Source: a virus (Duplodnaviria; Caudoviricetes). Taken from it: a stretch of DNA of 29,441 nucleotides. The stretch spans positions 1 through 29,441 of IMG/VR virus record IMGVR_UViG_3300030010_000014. One strand, written 5' to 3'. The translations under genes were made by a program, and so were the position numbers. Under the pieces are notes generated by a model. That model was given only the letters and a program-made list of their open reading frames with translations, searched no databases and was not told where the DNA came from. Shown here one piece after another: positions 24,703-29,441 of the stretch (position 1 is its first letter; the number at the start of each line of letters is the position of its first letter).

Positions 24703-25033
24703 GGGCCATCTCCGCGATCTGCTGCAGCACCACCGCGTACACGTCTCGGCGCGCGCTCGCGCGCAGCACACGGGCGCAGCGCGCCTCCAACGCGGCGGGG
24801 CTGATGGCGGCCACGGCGGCGATCGCGGCCTCGTCGACCTCAGCTGGTGTGGGCTCACGCACCACGTGGACGATGCCCTCACCGGTCACGTCCCCGGAGC
24901 CGCACGTCCACACGGTCAGCACCGCAGGCTCACCCGGGATGACGTCCAGGGCGATGCGCGACGCGTCGATGTGGACGCCGTTGACGCGCACACTCGACCG
25001 GCCAGAATGCACCTCGACCGCGAACAGGCTCAT
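24695..25033 (-). CDS. Hypothetical protein (112 aa)
   Basis: ATG 25033 (MSLFAVEV), preceded by late promoter-like motif. Confidence 0.7.
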   Translation of the reverse strand: MSLFAVEVHSGRSSVRVNGVHIDASRIALDVIPGEPAVLTVWTCGSGDVTGEGIVHVVREPTPAEVDEAAIAAVAAISPAALEARCARVLRASARRDVYAVVLQQIAEMARA

Positions 25034-25040
25034 GCCGGTC

Positions 25041-25062
25041 AGGGTGCGGCGGGGTGTGTCAC
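25041..25062 (-). promoter_or_regulatory. Late promoter-like motif (leaderless ATG 25033)
   Basis: GTGACA-CACCCCGCCG-CACCCT-7 nt-ATG. Confidence 0.6.
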
Positions 25063-26045
25063 GCGGAGTGCCGCGCCAGGGTCGCGGCGTGGCGGCGGCC
25101 GGCCGCCGTGTTCGGCAGCGTGCCCGTACTGGTCGACACTGCCGCGGTGGTGCGTGCTGCTGTGGTGCTGGCGGTGACGGGGTAGCCGACGTACTGACGG
25201 GCCGCCGCATCCCACACGGCCTCCGTGGCCTTCGGGCCCACCGGGGAAGCCCCAGCTGCGTCCTCAGCGGACTGGATGTCCGGGCGGGGCGTGGTCACGC
25301 GTCGGCAATGGGGATGGCTGAGGGGATGCTCTCGCGCATCGGCGAGGTTCACGATCTTCCCGTTCGCCAGGTCGGGGTCGGTGTGGCTCAGCCAGCCACA
25401 CCCAGGTCCATCCATGACCTCCCACCACTCGATGCCGAGACGGGCGCCCTGGTTGAGGCCGCCCTCCTGGTAGGTGGTGGCGCTCTTCGTGCGGACCACC
25501 ATCTCCGCGTACGCGGGCAGGGGCATGCGGGCGCCGTTGACATAGGTGATGGCGGTGATGCCGCGAGCCTGGAGCTCACGGGTCAGGTCGGCGGCGGCCT
25601 GCATGGCGGTCTGCCCGGTGATGATCTTGTCGCGCACATGCTGACGGGTCAGGTCCCGGATCAGGGCTTTCACGTCGAGGCGGACGCCCTTCGTGGCGGT
25701 GAGGAGGTCGCTCATCATGTCCGCGGCGAGGGCGGTCACCGCGGACGTGTCGACGGCGGTGAAGCCCACACCAGCCCCCACGGTCAGGGCGGTGACGGTG
25801 GCGCCCATCTGGTAGACCGCCGCGGTGGCGGTCATGACGTGGCGGGCAGCGAGGGCGTCAGCGTTGGCCATGAGGGTCCGCACCTGCGCGTCCAGGGCCG
25901 TGAGGCGTGCGCGTCGGGCGGTCACGGACAGGCCGGGCCATGCCTGGGCGAGGTCGTCGAGGAGGGTCAGGATGCGCTGGTGTGCCGCGGTCAGGTCCGT
26001 CAGGAGTTGCGCGGTCAGGGCTTCGATCTGGGGGGGCTGGGTCAC
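25059..26045 (-). CDS. Minor capsid / MuF-like head morphogenesis protein
   Basis: GAR.PL.AYAEMVVRT...EVMDG.GC...NGKIV...HPLSHPHCRR; GTG 26045. Confidence 0.8.
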   Translation of the reverse strand: MTQPPQIEALTAQLLTDLTAAHQRILTLLDDLAQAWPGLSVTARRARLTALDAQVRTLMANADALAARHVMTATAAVYQMGATVTALTVGAGVGFTAVDTSAVTALAADMMSDLLTATKGVRLDVKALIRDLTRQHVRDKIITGQTAMQAAADLTRELQARGITAITYVNGARMPLPAYAEMVVRTKSATTYQEGGLNQGARLGIEWWEVMDGPGCGWLSHTDPDLANGKIVNLADAREHPLSHPHCRRVTTPRPDIQSAEDAAGASPVGPKATEAVWDAAARQYVGYPVTASTTAARTTAAVSTSTGTLPNTAAGRRHAATLARHSA

Positions 26046-26374
26046 CGGGGCCGGTCCGGGCGTCGCATGACCCGCACGGTCGCCCCCGTGGGGGTGCCGG
26101 TGAGGGCGGCGATCTGTGCTTGCAGGTCCGTGATGAGGGCGTCGAGGCCTGCGAGGTCGGCCTTGCTCATGCCGACGGACAGGACGCCTTCGAGGCTGAA
26201 GCTGGTGGTCTGCTGGCCACCAGCGGTGGCGTCGGCGCGGCGCCGCATGAGCACCCGGAGTGCGATCTGCTGCCACCAGGTGGCTTCGTCGGCGAGGGTG
26301 TAGAGGGCCGAGTCGTCGGGGGTGGTGCCGACGTAGTCCCGCACGTGGGCGAGGTCGCGGTCGGTCAGGTCCAT
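26042..26374 (-). CDS. Head-tail adaptor-like protein
   Basis: Helical 110 aa; first gene of head-completion block; IALRVL.RR.AD...SFSLEG. Confidence 0.65.
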   Translation of the reverse strand: MDLTDRDLAHVRDYVGTTPDDSALYTLADEATWWQQIALRVLMRRRADATAGGQQTTSFSLEGVLSVGMSKADLAGLDALITDLQAQIAALTGTPTGATVRVMRRPDRPR

Positions 26375-26380
26375 GCGGTC

Positions 26381-26402
26381 ATGGTGTGGTGCGGGGTGCC
26401 AT
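26381..26402 (-). promoter_or_regulatory. Late promoter-like motif variant (leaderless ATG 26374)
   Basis: ATGGCA-CCCCGCACCA-CACCAT-6 nt-ATG. Confidence 0.5.
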
Positions 26403-26440
26403 GCGACCTGGGTCAGATGCGGGGGTCTAGCCCGGATCCG

Positions 26441-26986
26441 TCACATGTCGATGACGGTCAGACGGATCGGCATACCCCAACCCGTCACGTACCCTGCGGC
26501 ACTCGTCAGGTAGCCGTCCTGGTTCGGGGACCAACGCCACACCACGATCCCCACGGTGTGCGTCCCGGCAGGGATCAGCCGGGGCGAGGAGTCCAGGTAG
26601 TCCCGCAGGTTGATCGGCCAGAAGTCGTTGTTCGTGCTGTGCGTTCCGGCCATACTCATCCGCTCCATGCGGACGCCGTCGATCACGAGGTCGAACCCGA
26701 TCCCGTTCAACTGCGTCCCGGCAGCGGGCAGGTGGTTGAGGTAGGAGGCGTCGAACTCGACGACCGTCGGGCCACCGTCGAAGCACGCCGGAACGGTGGT
26801 CATGAGGGTCTGCGGCGCAGACGTGGTGCCCGTGATCTGCACGTCGGTGGTCAGGTTGACGTGGGCGATGACCTGCCCCGGGGTGGTGGCGCAGGTGGTG
26901 ACGCTCGCAGCGTCCGCGACGCCCTGCCCGATGGCGAGCACTGCGGCGATTCCGACGGCCGCGAGAACGCTCTGGCGTTTGTTCAT
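26441..26986 (-). CDS. Secreted beta-sandwich protein with Sec signal peptide
   Basis: MNKRQSVLAAVGIAAVLAIGQGVADA/A (AxA cleavage site); beta-rich mature domain with two Cys. Confidence 0.75.
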   Translation of the reverse strand: MNKRQSVLAAVGIAAVLAIGQGVADAASVTTCATTPGQVIAHVNLTTDVQITGTTSAPQTLMTTVPACFDGGPTVVEFDASYLNHLPAAGTQLNGIGFDLVIDGVRMERMSMAGTHSTNNDFWPINLRDYLDSSPRLIPAGTHTVGIVVWRWSPNQDGYLTSAAGYVTGWGMPIRLTVIDM

Positions 26987-27017
26987 TCTGGGGTCCTTAC
27001 CCGAGGCGGGTGACTTT

Positions 27018-27039
27018 CTGACGCCACCTATGGCGTCAG
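27018..27039. terminator. Perfect 9-bp inverted repeat between collar gene and secreted-protein gene
   Basis: CTGACGCCA-CCTA-TGGCGTCAG; T-run follows on the plus strand only. Confidence 0.45.
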
Positions 27040-27590
27040 GTTTTGATGATCTTGGTGACGGTGAGGAACGGGGGGAGGTTGTTGTGCGCCGTGCCGGAGC
27101 CCATCGGCTCGGTGAGAAGCGCGGGGCCGGTGGTGGCGGAGTTGATGCCGAACTTTCCGACCCCGGAGGCCACGTTGTCGAGGTAGAGGGCGTCTGGGGT
27201 GGGGTTCACCATCACGTTCAGGCGGCTGGCCGGGAGTTCCGCCTTCGTCAGAACGTGGGTCTCTTCGCCGCCCGAAGATGCGAGCGTGTGGCTGGTGTGT
27301 CCTGCCGCGGTGGAGTCACCGACGCCGAGAGCGACACGCCCCTTGAAGTTCGGCAGGTTGAACGTGGACGAGCCGTCCCCTGCCCCGTACGTCGTCGAGA
27401 TGACGGCGTACAGGGCCGCGTACGTCGCGCGGGAGACAGCCGTTCCGTCGCACAGCAGCCACCCTGTCGGCGCCGCACTCCCAGCGAAGTCGAGGATGGC
27501 GCCAGAGGGGACGGCACGTCCGTCCACGTACCCCTTAGTCGCGGCGTCGGTGGACCCAGAGGGCGCTGCGCCGAGTTGCTTGCGCGCCAT
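27036..27590 (-). CDS. Tail collar domain protein (short fibre)
   Basis: VPSGAILDFAGSAAPTGWLLCDGTAVSRATYAALYAVI.TTYGAGDGSSTFNLPNFKGR; GGEETHVLT..ELP; AHNNLPPF; ATG 27590. Confidence 0.92.
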   Translation of the reverse strand: MARKQLGAAPSGSTDAATKGYVDGRAVPSGAILDFAGSAAPTGWLLCDGTAVSRATYAALYAVISTTYGAGDGSSTFNLPNFKGRVALGVGDSTAAGHTSHTLASSGGEETHVLTKAELPASRLNVMVNPTPDALYLDNVASGVGKFGINSATTGPALLTEPMGSGTAHNNLPPFLTVTKIIKT

Positions 27591-28852
27591 CAGCCGACCA
27601 CGGCAACACGGTATGCACTGGCCGCAGGAGCAGTGGCGAACCTGACTGTCACGGTGTTGACCGACGTCCTCTCGATGTCCACCTCGACCTCTTCGTACGT
27701 GCCTGAGTTCAGGTAGACCTGGACCATCACGTCTCTGGTGTTGAGGCTGTGGGTCACGACGAACGAGGTAGCCGCACCATCGCCGATCAGCGCCCCGAAC
27801 TTGCGAGCCACCACAGCCGTGTCCACGCCAACAGAGTCCGCGGCGACGGTGATGCCAGTCCCTGCGCCGACATCGAACGTCGTCCCGCTCTGGGTCAGAC
27901 CGGCGCCGGCCACGTACGCGCCAGCTCCGGAGAACTGCGTCCAGACGTGAGCGGTGGTGCCGGGGGTGATCGCACCGTTGGTCGTGATGACCCACCCCGT
28001 GTCGGACTGGGTAGACCCCTCCTCCACGAAGACGAACGTGCCACCGGTCAGTTCCCCTGCGGCGTCAGCGTCGGCCGACCGCGCCCAGGCAGCGGCAGCT
28101 GCGACGTAGATGCCGTTCTGCGAGGCCGTGGTCTGGTTCTTGAGCAGGACACGGTCGCCCGCCACCGTGGTCACGCCATCAACCACCAGTAGGCCCGTGA
28201 TCGAGGCGACGTTGGCGGTCGAGGCGACTCGAACGGACGCCTTGACCTCCAGCCCCTGCGCGGTCGCATCGACGTACGCCTTGGTCGCCGCGTCCGTTGC
28301 CGACGTGGGAGTGCCGAGACCCGTGATCTTCTGGTTGTTCAGGGGGACGGACGCCGTAGGAGCGGCGAACTCGTCCAGGCGGTATGCCTTGACGACGGCG
28401 GCGAGGTCGGTGATGGTCGAAGAGGTCTGCGTGTGGTTGACCGCAGCCTTCTTGTCCAACTCGACCTTCAGCCCAGCCGGGTGGACCGCACGCGTGTTGT
28501 CCGTACCCGTGGTCGTCTCTGCCGCCGTAGCCAGTTCGACGCTTCCCACCACGGTCTCGGACGCCGCCGGGACGGCGAAGGTCAGTGTGCCTGCCACGTC
28601 GTCGTAGGCGACCGTGATGCCGGTCTGCGTGCCGACCATCGCCCCCACGATGTCCTGAAGGGCCTCTGTGCTCAGCGACGAGCCACCAGCGTCCACCCAG
28701 GAGGTTCCGTCGTAGAAGCGGACCTTCTTCAGCACCGTGTCGTAGTAGATGCGACCCTCTGTCGCAGCAGGGGCGGTCGCCAGGTTCTGAAGACGGACGT
28801 TGAGGAGTTCGTTGCCAGCCAGGTCTACTGCGGTCAGGAACGTCTTCGCCAT
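27590..28852 (-). CDS. Virion fibre protein (420 aa)
   Basis: ASETV.G.VELAT.AE, NNQKITGLGTPTSATDAATKAYVD, GDRVLLKNQT.ASQNGIY fibre motifs. Confidence 0.8.
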   Translation of the reverse strand: MAKTFLTAVDLAGNELLNVRLQNLATAPAATEGRIYYDTVLKKVRFYDGTSWVDAGGSSLSTEALQDIVGAMVGTQTGITVAYDDVAGTLTFAVPAASETVVGSVELATAAETTTGTDNTRAVHPAGLKVELDKKAAVNHTQTSSTITDLAAVVKAYRLDEFAAPTASVPLNNQKITGLGTPTSATDAATKAYVDATAQGLEVKASVRVASTANVASITGLLVVDGVTTVAGDRVLLKNQTTASQNGIYVAAAAAWARSADADAAGELTGGTFVFVEEGSTQSDTGWVITTNGAITPGTTAHVWTQFSGAGAYVAGAGLTQSGTTFDVGAGTGITVAADSVGVDTAVVARKFGALIGDGAATSFVVTHSLNTRDVMVQVYLNSGTYEEVEVDIERTSVNTVTVRFATAPAASAYRVAVVG

Positions 28853-28865
28853 GACTGCGGGCCTC

Positions 28866-29303
28866 TCAACTCAGGTAGGCGGTGCCCGAGAAGGCACCGG
28901 AGAACGTGACCATGACGGTGGACATGCTGGGGTAGGTGACGTCGCCTTCGACCACGCTTCCTGCCGAATCCACGACCGTGATGGACGGGAAGAACTCCAA
29001 GGGGTGCGTGATCGTCCACGTCTGCTGTGGTGTGGGCTCGTGGTGGACATAGGCCACGGTGCCGACGTCCCCGCCGTTCAACCCCCTCGGACCGATCAAC
29101 CCCTGAGGACCGACGGGGCCGACCGCGCGGACGACCTCGACCACTCTGGATGCGGGCGCGATGACCTGGACCACAGGGACTGGGGCCGCGACGACCTCCA
29201 CGACCCTGAGTTCGGGCGCGACGATCTGGACGACCGGGACTGGGGTCGCGACGATCTGGACCACCGGAACGCTGGTGGCGACGACTTCGACGACCTCAGT
29301 CAT
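28866..29303 (-). CDS. Virion protein with 10-aa Val-rich repeats, short collagen segment and C-terminal beta domain
   Basis: VV(Q/E)(I/V)VAxPVP x6, GPVGPQGLIGPRG, TWTITHPL.FFPSITVVDSAG. Confidence 0.8.
   Translation of the reverse strand: MTEVVEVVATSVPVVQIVATPVPVVQIVAPELRVVEVVAAPVPVVQVIAPASRVVEVVRAVGPVGPQGLIGPRGLNGGDVGTVAYVHHEPTPQQTWTITHPLEFFPSITVVDSAGSVVEGDVTYPSMSTVMVTFSGAFSGTAYLS
29127..29297 (-). repeat. About six degenerate 30-nt coding tandem repeats
   Basis: Recurring GCGACGA(C/T)CT(G/C)GAC core at 30-nt period, in frame. Confidence 0.8.
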
Positions 29304-29441
29304 CGCGCGTCACGTCCGCGGACACGAGCACGGCGCCCATGACGAGACGGATGACCTCACCGCCCGGGTTGACGAGCTCGAGGTCCCACACACCCTGCGC
29401 GCGCGCCGGACTGTTCCATTCGGGCGCCTCGGTCGTGGTGT
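29300..29441 (-). CDS. C-terminal part of a BppU-N-like fibre-anchoring protein (partial)
   Basis: ...QGVWDLELVNPGGEVIRLVMGAVLVSADVTRD*; ATGA overlap with next gene. Confidence 0.65.

Larger units (their letters stand above)
1..29441. mobile_element. Temperate actinobacterial siphovirus genome segment (early genes, immunity/integration cassette, late genes)
   Basis: Integrase, repressor/Cro/Xis, Bet+YqaJ, tape measure, tail, endolysin and holin in phage-typical order; overlapping start/stop coupling throughout; no host housekeeping genes. Confidence 0.97.

Noticed and set aside
27018-27039. Fourth copy of the repressor operator
   Set aside because: Same 9-4-9 geometry but different arm sequence (CTGACGCCA versus TGTAACGCG).
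29127-29297. CRISPR-like array
   Set aside because: Degenerate 30-nt in-frame coding repeats with no unique spacers and no cas genes.

Overview
The whole window is a high-GC (Actinomycetota-type) temperate siphovirus genome segment with no host genes visible. Left (1-6551, minus): early operon with HNH, Bet/RecT + YqaJ recombination pair, Xis and Cro. Middle (6734-9541, plus): repressor, ImmA/IrrE protease, DUF3263, lipoprotein and tyrosine integrase, then a probable intact attP region. Right (10073-29441, minus): late operon with fibre/collar genes, head-tail joining, tail, tape measure, endolysin/holin and a metallophosphoesterase. Top find: a 79-nt tmRNA tRNA-like domain with no mRNA domain (9993-10071; G3.U70 Ala identity, tmRNA D-loop and T-arm, own -10), behind a small ORF with a candidate SOS box. 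Others: a five-copy late-promoter-like motif (GTGACA-N10-SANNNT), a three-copy operator palindrome, leaderless switch genes, a signal-peptide-bearing fibre-tip-like protein, and a chaperone pair that may use duplication instead of a frameshift. All calls are by eye; no searches were run.
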